64,000 bases of DNA from Lingula anatina (lineage: Eukaryota > Animalia > Brachiopoda), in contig CM120649.1 of NCBI GenBank assembly GCA_051362555.1, positions 7,564,001-7,628,000 on the forward strand, in the 5' to 3' direction. The translations under genes were made by a program, and so were the position numbers. The notes beneath the pieces are model-generated. The model had not been told where the DNA came from. It saw only the letters and a list, made by a program, of their open reading frames with translations, and ran no database searches. This document shows, one piece after another, positions 51,947 through 64,000 of the stretch (its first letter is position 1; each line of letters opens with the position of its first letter).

Positions 51947-52113
51947 CAGGGGATAGCGCGAACGCAGTCCCCCACGATAAAAAATAGCGCACCCGAGTTA
52001 CCCCTATTTGGGGTAATCGATCAGGTCAGCCAAACCGTATTGTGCAATGGTGAGGCCTCGCTAATGAAGAACCGCCTTAATGATCACGGTTAACTTCTGT
52101 GCCAGGTAAGTAT
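51947..52113 (-). ncRNA. U1: U1 snRNA (variant), copy 8, Sm-region allele TATTTTTTA
   Basis: Same U1; plus strand AAAAAATAGCGC. Confidence 0.95.
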
Positions 52114-53550
52114 GCTTAATAATGAGCTTTGACTGGAGTCTTCTACCATGCTGTCCGCTGCCATGGTGGGCAAAGTGAATTAAACAGACTTCAGGGGAAA
52201 TTATGTTTGTAAATTTATCAAGACTTCTTATTAGGACAAAAATTTCATTAAATTGGTAATATCACGTGATCTGAGATTTTGATATTACAACCTAAAGAAA
52301 AATTATAATGCATTCCTTACTTCTTTCAATCATTATTATTCATTTATTAGTTGTTATCTTCCGGCATTCAAAGGCTAATGATGTGCATTCAACAAAGACA
52401 AAAATAGTCATATTAACTTGGGGATATCAAAGTTGCGATGAAGTTAGTGTATTGCTTGCATTAGGTCAGACGGTATTTGAAGGAAATGCGTACATTTTCC
52501 CCATTTTAGTACCTCTTTTACAATAAAAACTACTTATGGAAGTCGTGTAAGGGAAAAGTCTAGGTGTAACGGTACTTCATTGGTTAAGCGTCTACAGTAA
52601 CTGTAGACTTGTGGCCAATCAGCGTTTGGAGTCTACGACCACTGTAGACAACCAGCCAATCGGGAAGCAGCTGTGTCAATGGTTAGAGTGAGGGATGAGC
52701 CCGAAATTTGTGGATCCCAATGTAAATTCCCTGCAATCGTATCTTGTGTAATTCTGCACATCACAGACGTACCTGTGGAGAATTTCAAGCAGGTGATGCC
52801 CCTCCCCCCTGGTTCAACCAATGCGGATTGCAATGGCTGCGTTTAAAACACGGCTAGCGCTACGTTCCACCAGGGCTACAGATTGATTTTTCACATTGAA
52901 GATATTCACAGAGGTGTCTTTAGATAAAAAGACGGTCATTTGGATCTCTGTTAGAAAATTAACCATATTTAACCAGATACATTATCTTTGAATATCTAAT
53001 GAAAAATCAATCTGAGGCCCTGACCTGTGCCGTAAGACATAACAATGATTTTTTTTATTTTTTTAAAACCCGGCAGCACCGTGAAAGTGACTCAAGATAT
53101 TTATTGAGTTATTTAAACATTCTAGGCACTTTATGTGACGTAATACCTTTCAATGATTCTTCATTAAATAATTCTAATGACTTAAAAACTGTTTTCCTCG
53201 TAATGCCTCAGAGGTACCCTGAGAGTCGGGGAATTATAATAATAATAATTTTTTGAGCACATGAAATGAGTGTACATTTATAGGCTCTCTACACTACTAA
53301 TTATAATATACTTATGTTTAAATACATGTACATAGTAATAATAAAGTTACAGTATTATACCAGGTGTCATCTCATTTTGGACAGCTTCCGTTTTCTCATA
53401 GCACTGCTTTGGTCACTATTCCTTTCCATGTGTTGGCTTTACGTCATTGCTGATGTGGGAAAAGGGCAATACCAATATCTGTAACTTTTCGTACTCCGAA
53501 GAAGAAGTACTCAAGGGTTGCTGAATGCAATTGACATTGAATTAATTAAA

Positions 53551-53717
53551 CAGGGGATAGCGCGAACGCAGTCCCCCACGATAAAAAATAGCGCACCCGA
53601 GTTACCCCTATTTGGGGTAATCGATCAGGTCAGCCAAACCGTATTGTGCAATGGTGAGGCCTCGCTAATGAAGAACCGCCTTAATGATCACGGTTAACTT
53701 CTGTGCCAGGTAAGTAT
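53551..53717 (-). ncRNA. U1: U1 snRNA (variant), copy 9, Sm-region allele TATTTTTTA
   Basis: Same U1; plus strand AAAAAATAGCGC. Confidence 0.95.
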
Positions 53718-55153
53718 GCTTAATAATGAGCTTTGACTGGAGTCTTCTACCATGCTGTCCGCTGCCATGGTGGGCAAAGTGAATTAAACAGACTTCAGGG
53801 GAAATTATGTTTGTAAATTTATCAAGACTTCTTATTAGGACAAAAATTTCATTAAATTGGTAATATCACGTGATCTGAGATTTTGATATTACAACCTAAA
53901 GAAAAATTATAATGCATTCCTTACTTCTTTCAATCATTATTATTCATTTATTAGTTGTTATCTTCCGGCATTCAAAGGCTAATGATGTGCATTCAACAAA
54001 GACAAAAATAGTCATATTAACTTGGGGATATCAAAGTTGCGATGAAGTTAGTGTATTGCTTGCATTAGGTCAGACGGTATTTGAAGGAAATGCGTACATT
54101 TTCCCCATTTTAGTACCTCTTTTACAATAAAAACTACTTATGGAAGTCGTGTAAGGGAAAAGTCTAGGTGTAACGGTACTTCATTGGTTAAGCGTCTACA
54201 GTAACTGTAGACTTGTGGCCAATCAGCGTTTGGAGTCTACGACCACTGTAGACAACCAGCCAATCGGGAAGCAGCTGTGTCAATGGTTAGAGTGAGGGAT
54301 GAGCCCGAAATTTGTGGATCCCAATGTAAATTCCCTGCAATCGTATCTTGTGTAATTCTGCACATCACAGACGTACCTGTGGAGAATTTCAAGCAGGTGA
54401 TGCCCCTCCCCCCTGGTTCAACCAATGCGGATTGCAATGGCTGCGTTTAAAACACGGCTAGCGCTACGTTCCACCAGGGCTACAGATTGATTTTTCACAT
54501 TGAAGATATTCACAGAGGTGTCTTTAGATAAAAAGACGGTCATTTGGATCTCTGTTAGAAAATTAACCATATTTAACCAGATACATTATCTTTGAATATC
54601 TAATGAAAAATCAATCTGAGGCCCTGACCTGTGCCGTAAGACATAACAATGATTTTTTTTATTTTTTTAAAACCCGGCAGCACCGTGAAAGTGACTCAAG
54701 ATATTTATTGAGTTATTTAAACATTCTAGGCACTTTATGTGACGTAATACCTTTCAATGATTCTTCATTAAATAATTCTAATGACTTAAAAACTGTTTTC
54801 CTCGTAATGCCTCAGAGGTACCCTGAGAGTCGGGGAATTATAATAATAATAATTTTTGAGCACATGAAATGAGTGTACATTTATAGGCTCTCTACACTAC
54901 TAATTATAATATACTTATGTTTAAATACATGTACATAGTAATAATAAAGTTACAGTATTATACCAGGTGTCATCTCATTTTGGACAGCTTCCGTTTTCTC
55001 ATAGCACTGCTTTGGTCACTATTCCTTTCCATGTGTTGGCTTTACGTCATTGCTGATGTGGGAAAAGGGCAATACCAATATCTGTAACTTTTCATACTCC
55101 GAAGAAGAAGTACTCAAGGGTTGCTGAATGCAATTGACATTGAATTAATTAAA

Positions 55154-55320
55154 CAGGGGATAGCGCGAACGCAGTCCCCCACGATAAAAAATTGCGCACC
55201 CGAGTTACCCCTATTTGGGGTAATCGATCAGGTCAGCCAAACCGTATTGTGCAATGGTGAGGCCTCGCTAATGAAGAACCGCCTTAATGATCACGGTTAA
55301 CTTCTGTGCCAGGTAAGTAT
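55154..55320 (-). ncRNA. U1: U1 snRNA (variant), copy 10
   Basis: Same 167-nt U1. Confidence 0.95.
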
Positions 55321-56757
55321 GCTTAATAATAAGCTTTGACTGGAGTCTTCTACCATGCTGTCCGCTGCCATGGTGGGCAAAGTGAATTAAACAGACTTCA
55401 GGGGAAATTATGTTTGTAAATTTATCAAGACTTCTTATTAGGACAAAAATTTCATTAAATTGGTAATATCACGTGATCTGAGATTTTGATATTACAACCT
55501 AAAGAAAAATTATAATGCATTCCTTACTTCTTTCAATCATTATTATTCATTTATTAGTTGTTATCTTCCGGCATTCAAAGGCTAATGATGTGCATTCAAC
55601 AAAGACAAAAATAGTCATATTAACTTGGGGATATCAAAGTTGCCATGAAGTTAGTGTATTGCTTGCATTAGGTCAGACGGTATTTGAAGGAAATGCGTAC
55701 ATTTTCCCCATTTTAGTACCTCTTTTACAATAAAAACTACTTATGGAAGTCGTGTAAGGGAAAAGTCTAGGTGTAACGGCACTTCATTGGTTAAGCGTCT
55801 ACAGTAACTGTAGACTTGTGGCCAATCAGCGTTTGGAGTCTACGACCACTGTAGACAACCAGCCAATCGGGAAGCAGCTGTGTCAATGGTTAGAGTGAGG
55901 GATGAGCCCGAAATTTGTGGATCCCAATGTAAATTCCCTGCAATCGTATCTTGTGTAATTCTGCACATCACAGACGTACCTGTGGAGAATTTCAAGCAGG
56001 TGATGCCCCTCCCCCCTGGTTCAACCAATGCGGATTGCAATGGCTGCGTTTAAAACACGGCTAGCGCTACGTTCCACCAGGGCTACAGATTTATTTTTCA
56101 CATTGAAGATATTCACAGAGGTGTCTTTAGATAAAAAGACGGTCATTTGGATCTCTGTTAGAAAATTAACCATATTTAACCAGATACATTATCTGTGAAT
56201 ATCTAATGAAAAATCAATCTGAGGCCCTGACCTGTGCCGTAAGACATAACAATGATTTTTTTTATTTTTTTAAAACCCGGCAGCACCGTGAAAGTGACTC
56301 AAGATATTTATTGAGTTATTTAAACATTCTAGGCACTTTATGTGACGTAATACCTTTCAATGATTCTTCATTAAATAATTCTAATGACTTAAAAACTGTT
56401 TTCCTCGTAATGCCTCAGAGGTACCCTGAGAGTCGGGGAATTATAATAATAATAATTTTTTGAGCACATGAAATGAGTGTACATTTATAGGCTCTCTACA
56501 CTACTAATTATAATATACTTATGTTTAAATACATGTACATAGTAATAATAAAGTTACAGTATTATACCAGGTGTCATCTCATTTTGGACAGCTTCCGTTT
56601 TCTCATAGCACTGCTTTGGTCACTATTCCTTTCCATGTGTTGGCTTTACGTCATTGCTGATGTGGGAAAAGGGCAATACCAATATCTGTAACTTTTCGTA
56701 CTCCGAAGAAGAAGTACTCAAGGGTTGCTGAATGCAATTGACATTGAATTAATTAAA

Positions 56758-56924
56758 CAGGGGATAGCGCGAACGCAGTCCCCCACGATAAAAAATAGCG
56801 CACCCGAGTTACCCCTATTTGGGGTAATCGATCAGGTCAGCCAAACCGTATTGTGCAATGGTGAGGCCTCGCTAATGAAGAACCGCCTTAATGATCACGG
56901 TTAACTTCTGTGCCAGGTAAGTAT
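56758..56924 (-). ncRNA. U1: U1 snRNA (variant), copy 11, Sm-region allele TATTTTTTA
   Basis: Same U1; plus strand AAAAAATAGCGC. Confidence 0.95.
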
Positions 56925-58361
56925 GCTTAATAATGAGCTTTGACTGGAGTCTTCGACCATGCTGTCCGCTGCCATGGTGGGCAAAGTGAATTAAACAGAC
57001 TTCAGGGGAAATTATGTTTGTAAATTTATCAAGACTTCTTATTAGGACAAAAATTTCATTAAATTGGTAATATCACGTGATCTGAGATTTTGATATTACA
57101 ACCTAAAGAAAAATTATAATGCATTCCTTACTTCTTTCAATCATTATTATTCATTTATTAGTTGTTATCTTCCGGCATTCAAAGGCTAATGATGTGCATT
57201 CAACAAAGACAAAAATAGTCATATTAACTTGGGGATATCAAAGTTGCCATGAAGTTAGTGTATTGCTTGCATTAGGTCAGACGGTATTTGAAGGAAATGC
57301 GTACATTTTCCCCATTTTAGTACCTCTTTTACAATAAAAACTACTTATGGAAGTCGTGTAAGGGAAAAGTCTAGGTGTAACGGCACTTCATTGGTTAAGC
57401 GTCTACAGTAACTGTAGACTTGTGGCCAATCAGCGTTTGGAGTCTACGACCACTGTAGACAACCAGCCAATCGGGAAGCAGCTGTGTCAATGGTTAGAGT
57501 GAGGGATGAGCCCGAAATTTGTGGATCCCAATGTAAATTCCCTGCAATCGTATCTTGTGTAATTCTGCACATCACAGACGTACCTGTGGAGAATTTCAAG
57601 CAGGTGATGCCCCTCCCCCCTGGTTCAACCAATGCGGATTGCAATGGCTGCGTTTAAAACACGGCTAGCGCTACGTTCCACCAGGGCTACAGATTGATTT
57701 TTCACATTGAAGATATTCACAGAGGTGTCTTTAGATAAAAAGATGGTCATTTGGATCTCTGTTAGAAAATTAACCATATTTAACCAGATACATTATCTGT
57801 GAATATCTAATGAAAAATCAATCTGAGGCCCTGACCTGTGCCGTAAGTCATAACAATGATTTTTTTTATTTTTTTAAAACCCGGCAGCACCGTGAAAGTG
57901 ACTCAAGATATTTATTGAGTTATTTAAACATTCTAGGCACTTTATGTGACGTAATACCTTTCAATGATTCTTCATTAAATAATTCTAATGACTTAAAAAC
58001 TGTTTTCCTCGTAATGCCTCAGAGGTACCCTGAGAGTCGGGGAATTATAATAATAATAATTTTTTGAGCACATGAAATGAGTGTACATTTATAGGCTCTC
58101 TACACTACTAATTATAATATACTTATGTTTAAATACATGTACATAGTAATAATAAAGTTACAGTATTATACCAGGTGTCATCTCATTTTGGACAGCTTCC
58201 GTTTTCTCATAGCACTGCTTTGGTCACTATTCCTTTCCATGTGTTGGCTTTACGTCATTGCTGATGTGGGAAAAGGGCAATACCAATATCTGTAACTTTT
58301 CGTACTCCGAAGAAGAAGTACTCAAGGGTTGCTGAATGCAATTGACATTGAATTAATTAAA

Positions 58362-58528
58362 CAGGGGATAGCGCGAACGCAGTCCCCCACGATAAAAAAT
58401 TGCGCACCCGAGTTACCCCTATTTGGGGTAATCGATCAGGTCAGCCAAACCGTATTGTGCAATGGTGAGGCCTCGCTAATGAAGAACCGCCTTAATGATC
58501 ACGGTTAACTTCTGTGCCAGGTAAGTAT
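58362..58528 (-). ncRNA. U1: U1 snRNA (variant), copy 12
   Basis: Same 167-nt U1. Confidence 0.95.
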
Positions 58529-60099
58529 GCTTAATAATGAGCTTTGACTGGAGTCTTCTACCATGCTGTCCGCTGCCATGGTGGGCAAAGTGAATTAAAC
58601 AGACTTCAGGGGAAATTATGTTTGTAAATTTATCAAGACTTCTTATTAGGACAAAAATTTCATTAAATTGGTAATATCACGTGATCTGAGATTTTGATAT
58701 TACAACCTAAAGAAAAATTATAATGCATTCCTTACTTCTTTCAATCATTATTATTCATTTATTAGTTGTTATCTTCCGGCATTCAAAGGCTAATGATGTG
58801 CATTCAACAAAGACAAAAATAGTCATATTAACTTGGGGATATCAAAGTTGCCATGAAGTTAGTGTATTGCTTGCATTAGGTCAGACGGTATTTGAAGGAA
58901 ATGCGTACATTTTCCCCATTTTAGTACCTCTTTTACAATAAAAACTACTTATGGAAGTCGTGTAAGGGAAAAGTCTAGGTGTAACGGCACTTCATTGGTT
59001 AAGCGTCTACAGTAACTGTAGACTTGTGGCCAATCAGCGTTTGGAGTCTACGACCACTGTAGACAACCAGCCAATCGGGAAGCAGCTGTGTCAATGGTTA
59101 GAGTGAGGGATGAGCCCGAAATTTGTGGATCCCAATGTAAATTCCCTGCAATCGTATCTTGTGTAATTCTGCACATCACAGACGTACCTGTGGAGAATTT
59201 CAAGCAGGTGATGCCCCTCCCCCCTGGTTCAACCAATGCGGATTGCAATGGCTGCGTTTAAAACACGGCTAGCGCTACGTTCCACCAGGGCCACAGATTG
59301 ATTTTTCACATTGAAGATATTCACAGAGGTGTCTTTAGATAAAAAGACGGTCATTTGGATCTCTGTTAGAAAATTAACCATATTTAACCAGATACATTAT
59401 CTGTGAATATCTAATGTAAAATCAATCTGAGGCCCTGACCTGTGCCGTAAGACATAACGAAGATTTTTTTCATTTTTTTAAAACCCGGTAGCACCGTGAA
59501 AGTGACTCAAGATATTTATTGAGTTATTTAAACATTCTAGGCACTTTATGTGACGTAAAACATCGTGCTCAGGACTTATTAACGGAGTAGGCGTTTAGAC
59601 CTACTAACATTCCCTCAGATCTTTTAGCACTAGCAGCGCCATATTACGTCCAGAGCGATTTCTAGCATTTAACATTCATCCTCTATAGTAGTGCTAAATA
59701 CTTTTACGTTGTGTTGCCCAATTCATATGGGTTATGTGTTTACAAACAATTCTCCTTAATTTTAAGAATAAAGTAATATATTGACAGTGAGTGTAAATAA
59801 GGCTAACTGCTACTACTACTACTACTACTACTACCATTATTATTATAAATCACAAATATTGATTCCATCCGAAAATGTTTTAATAAAATTTCAATAGTTA
59901 AAGAGTGTGAACTACGAGTTCCAAATTTCTGATTTTGCTGTTATTAGTGAAATCCTCTTATCTGCAGCTCTATTTTCAAGCTGACCCAAAAGTAAGAACC
60001 TTAAAATTAATATATGTCTCCTTTTACTAAGATCCAAGACATTTCTGTCTTGGTTCCTAGTTTTCGACAAGTTTTATTGAAAAATGCCCATCGCACCTG

Positions 60100-60257
60100 C
60101 TATGACGCAATAAGATTTCCTGGTTGTGTGACGTCAGGAAGTAAGTCATGTGACCTTCATATCCCATAAATCACTCCACCAAAACAAAGAGGGCAAGATG
60201 GAGGCACAGTGCGGATATTACTTCTGACAGTTTTATTTTAATTAAAGAGCCCATAAG
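60100..60257 (+). promoter_or_regulatory. Probable promoter and non-coding first exon of the SLC16 gene
   Basis: CRE TGACGTCA (60129-60136), ETS GGAAGT and M-box/CLEAR-like GTCATGTGAC (60145-60154), followed by donor AAG|GTGAGT at ~60258. Confidence 0.5.
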
Positions 60258-61079
60258 GTGAGTTGGGGAAGTTTTTTATCGTCAGCTGGGACCACTGTTA
60301 ACGCCTAATAGGGTGATTGTTTAAGAATTGTAGATTAATAGCAGTTTATTAGTGTCGTCAAGTCTGCTCGTGGTTTCCACGCACTGGTCAACACTCGGAG
60401 CTGATGTGCTATTAAATCTATTATTTTATATTTCTGCAACTTTGATGCTGAATATTCGTACAGCAATGTAGTTAGGTGAAGTTAGATGTACGTGTCTATG
60501 ATTTGATTGTACCCTATTTGTAAAGGCGTTTAATATCAAGAAATAATCCCGAATTTAATGTGTGATCAGTGCAGAGTACTGTACAGTACTGTACATGTAC
60601 GTAGTGGTTAGTCTGTTGTCGTAATCATTTATGTCTTGATACCAAAAGTGTTTGGATATAATACCAAATGGATCCCATACACTAGTGTGAACAGCCTCTT
60701 CAGTCATTCTTGAGTCAGTCATCATCAAGAACACGTTTATGAGAGTTTTGTAAATTGATCATTTGCAAAGTCAAATCAAAGTTAAAGATGACCAGTTATT
60801 GCTGCTGTGTTTTTGAGAATGCCTCATTTCCTCAACTGTATGAAAATCCTGATAGATCTTCAGATTTGTACTTATTCATACTGAACTATGCTAGTTTGTA
60901 TTGGAAACAAATACACTGGTTTGTGATCTACAGCCATTAGAAATACCACAGCTGCCAAGCAGGGAGGGTAGAGTGGTCAAAGTCCACTTAGCTCCTTTGC
61001 TGCCATAAAACACAATACAATAGGGACAAAGTCTGAAAGTTCACCGTTACGGTACCAGTGTGCACTTAGCTAGATGCAG

Positions 61080-61700
61080 GTTAAATATAAATGTAATATA
61101 GCCATAGAAAACAGGTAGTGTAATTAACATAGTTTTAATATAGATATTACATAGACACAAAAGGAATTAATATAGATATTACATAGCCACACAAGGAAAC
61201 AGGTAGTGTAATTAATATAGTTTTAATATAAATAGTACATAGCCTTACAAGGAAACAGGTAGTGTAATTATTATTAATATAGTTTTAATATAAATATTTC
61301 ATAACCTCACAAGGAAACAGATAGTGTAATTTATATAGTTTTAATTTTAGATAGTACATAGCCAAACAAGGAAGCAGGTAGTATAATTAATATAGTTTTA
61401 ATATAGGTGTCACCGGCCAAGTCCCAATCCAAGCATATTCTAAATCCACCAATCCCAATTTGGCATAATGCGGGATTGAGCCTGCAACATAGATATTACA
61501 TAGCCACACAAGGAATTAATATAGGTATTACTAGTACATATCCAAACAAGGAAACAGGTAGTGTAATTTAAAAATCTTTCATACAAATAAACATAATCAC
61601 ACAGGAAACGGACACTAGTTATGTAATTAATATAGCTTTAATACAGTTATTACATGGTCACACAGGGAAACAGGTAGTGTAATTCATAAAGCTTTAATAT
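61080..61700. repeat. Degenerate ~56-62-bp AT-rich tandem repeat
   Basis: GGAAACAGGTAGTGTAATTAATATAGTTTTAATATAGATATTACATAGCCACACAA recurs ~9 times, interrupted at ~61405-61490. Confidence 0.85.
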
Positions 61701-62071
61701 AGATCCTAGTGATCAATGCAATAGCCCTTGAGAATTAAACCCAGAATACTGGTGCAGTAATGGAGTATAGGGAACCTTGAAATATCATATGGCAGTGTTT
61801 TTCCAAAGGTTACTAGTATGTTGTTGTTTGGTAGGAAACAGTCCACTTATGAAAGGTTGGAAGTCTTCTTTATCAAAAATATCACATATATGTGTAGTGT
61901 AAACTATGATCACCATTAGGGAAGCTGCTTATTAGGGGTAATTAATTATCGTTTAGCAATCTAAGCCGCTTAAGCTGAAAGCAATTTAGTGAGAAACCCC
62001 TTGGAGATAGATCGATCCTGTTACAGGCATGTATATGGGTGCCCGCATCATTATTGTCAAATCCCCCCACA

Positions 62072-62112
<41 letters not shown>

Positions 62113-62366
62113 CCTTTAGTGGCAGTTTGATAGTTTACAGTACCAATACAAGTGTGCATTAACTTAAGATCTAGCATAACATACACAGACTTGCATTTGG
62201 AAGAACTGGACTGTATCTAAGCAATCAGACTGTGATATTCACAAGCCTGGGTTGAACAGTGCTAGGGGTGTGTTGAGTCTCTCTTTCCCAGTTCTGTTAA
62301 GATAATAATTTATTTCTAACCTTAATTTTCTTCTTCAACCAGCCCTAGCACTCGTACGAGACAAAG

Positions 62367-64000
62367 ATGGGTGTGGATTACGAGGAGCCATTTGAACCAA
62401 CAGGCTGGTCCTGGATCACAGTTTTCTCCTCCCTGATGGTCCAGCTTATCACCTGTGGTCTATGCTACAGTGCTGGCATCTATCAGCTGACCTTTCTGGA
62501 CGAGTTTGACCAAAGTCATTTCAGGACTTCTTGGATAGGCTCATTGCTGCTGGGATGCACTGCATTTGGAGGTGTGTACTGTACTGTCACACTTAACACA
62601 TCATCACACCTAACACACTGTCATACCAAATACAGTGTCCAAGTATGCAAATGATCTCACCTTCATCAGTGTTACACCTATCATGTTGTTATACCTCACA
62701 TAATTTCACATTTGATGCAGAAACATATCAGTTTTGCTTAGTTTTTATAATATATATTTTTAAAATTTTGTACACATATCATATTTTATTGTTGAGAAAA
62801 AAGTACTGATTTCCTTCTCAATTTTAGGAATCATAGGAGTTTATGTCTCCAGAAACTTGAGCTGTCGTACATCAGTGATGGTTGGAGGATTTGTTTCTGC
62901 TCTGGGATTTGGAATTTCTCGACTGATCTGGGCACACTGGTTATTGTACCTGAGTATTGGTGTGGTGGGAGGTAGGTACTGACATCTAATGGTAGGAAGA
63001 TCTCTTCAAGGATCTTTGTATCAAATATGTATAAAATATCTTTATCCGTGAAAGCAGCTTTAGTAAGATGACAGTATTTGCACATAATTTGAAAGAAAAG
63101 ATCTAAAGAAAGTTTTCATTAAATCCTGAGCAGGGCACCATTTTTAACTTGACATTCAATCTTGACTTTATCACAAAGTTTAAAAAGCTCTCTTTCTGTT
63201 CCAGGATTGGGTCTAGGTATGGCATTCTCCCCTTCCATTATGGCAGTGGAGCAGCATTTCCGCCACGCTGAGCGTAGTTTTGCGCTGGGTCTGGCAGTGT
63301 GGGGGATTGGTATGGGTATTGCAGTGTTCCCTCCCTGTCTGCATCTGCTCATAGAGCTCCTCCACTGGAAGGGGGCCATCCTCATCCTCTCAGGGATAGC
63401 ACTCAATATCATGCTTTGTGGAGTGCTGATGAGACCGCCCCCTGGTGGCAAGAAAAACTTTGTGCCTTTCCCGTTATTTCATGCTCCGTTGCTGGGCAAC
63501 TTCAACTTCCTGATCCTGATGCTGAGCAACCTGCTGTGGAGCTGCAGTGCGTCTATCATCTACACCTACCTACCACTGTTTGCCTGGGAACACCTGTCAG
63601 AGCACCTGTCTGGACCCCCTGCCGAGGAGACCCAATTAGAGGCAGCTCTGCTGGTCTCCATCATAGGAATCTCCCTGTTTGTGTGCAGGACTTTGTTCCG
63701 CCTGCTGCAGATCTCAGACATATTTGTCAACCTTCTTTGTAGTGTGGGGATCTCTCTCATCCTCACCTTTATCTGGCCACAGCTGTTTGAACACTACTCA
63801 GGCATGATAGCCTACTGTCTGTTGTTTGGCATCTTTGCAGGATTTTGGCCCACTTTTTCTGCTCACACAACTAAGGAACTGATTGGACGAGAGTATGCCT
63901 CCATGGGGAATGGCTGGCTGGCGCTGTCCATTGGTGTGGGGTGTATTGGTGGCGCTCCATTAGCTGGTTGGCTGTATGATGAGACCAACAATTTTGACTA
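62367..64000 (+). CDS. SLC16/monocarboxylate transporter-family MFS protein; exons 62367-62571, 62828-62971, 63205->64000 (3' truncated)
   Basis: MCT N-terminal motif TGWSWITVFSS, plus TSWIGSL, LYLSIGVVGGLGLGMAFSPS...HF, WKGAILILSGIALN..LCGVLMRP and GAPLAGWLYDET. Phase-1 GT-AG introns are consistent. Confidence 0.9.

Larger units (their letters stand above)
39450..59558. repeat. Tandem array of ~12.5 near-identical ~1604-bp units (U1 snDNA array)
   Basis: The same spurious ORFs recur with 1603-1609-bp spacing. Unique sequence resumes after ...GCACTTTATGTGACGTAA at ~59558. Confidence 0.97.

Noticed and set aside
39470-59248. Recurrent 66-89-aa ORFs (MHSLLLS..., MQSALVEP..., MKNQSEAL...) in every array unit
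   Set aside because: No recognisable domain. They recur only because the DNA is repeated, and they are broken by stops or indels in some units (e.g. ~48300, ~41570, ~59415).

Overview
This is a eukaryotic (animal, probably lophotrochozoan invertebrate) genomic window with spliceosomal introns, microsatellites and MITEs. From left to right it contains: (1) a two-exon GT47/exostosin-family glycosyltransferase on +, resembling the plant MUR3/KATAMARI1 clade, apparently nested antisense in an intron of (2) a FARP1/2-like FERM gene on -, of which only the first coding exon (5928-6023) is visible; (3) a ~27-exon importin-5 gene on - (22332-35216) with an AT-AC U12-type intron and several intronic duplications of its own splice junctions; (4) an intronless ankyrin-repeat plus death-domain gene on +; (5) a ~20-kb tandem array of ~1604-bp units carrying 12 minus-strand, 167-nt U1 snRNA genes, which keep the U1 fold but differ from the vertebrate/fly consensus in the U1-70K loop, U1A loop length and Sm site; (6) an SLC16/MCT-family transporter on + that runs off the right edge. 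Most short ORFs in the six-frame track are spurious (repeat-derived or antisense shadows).
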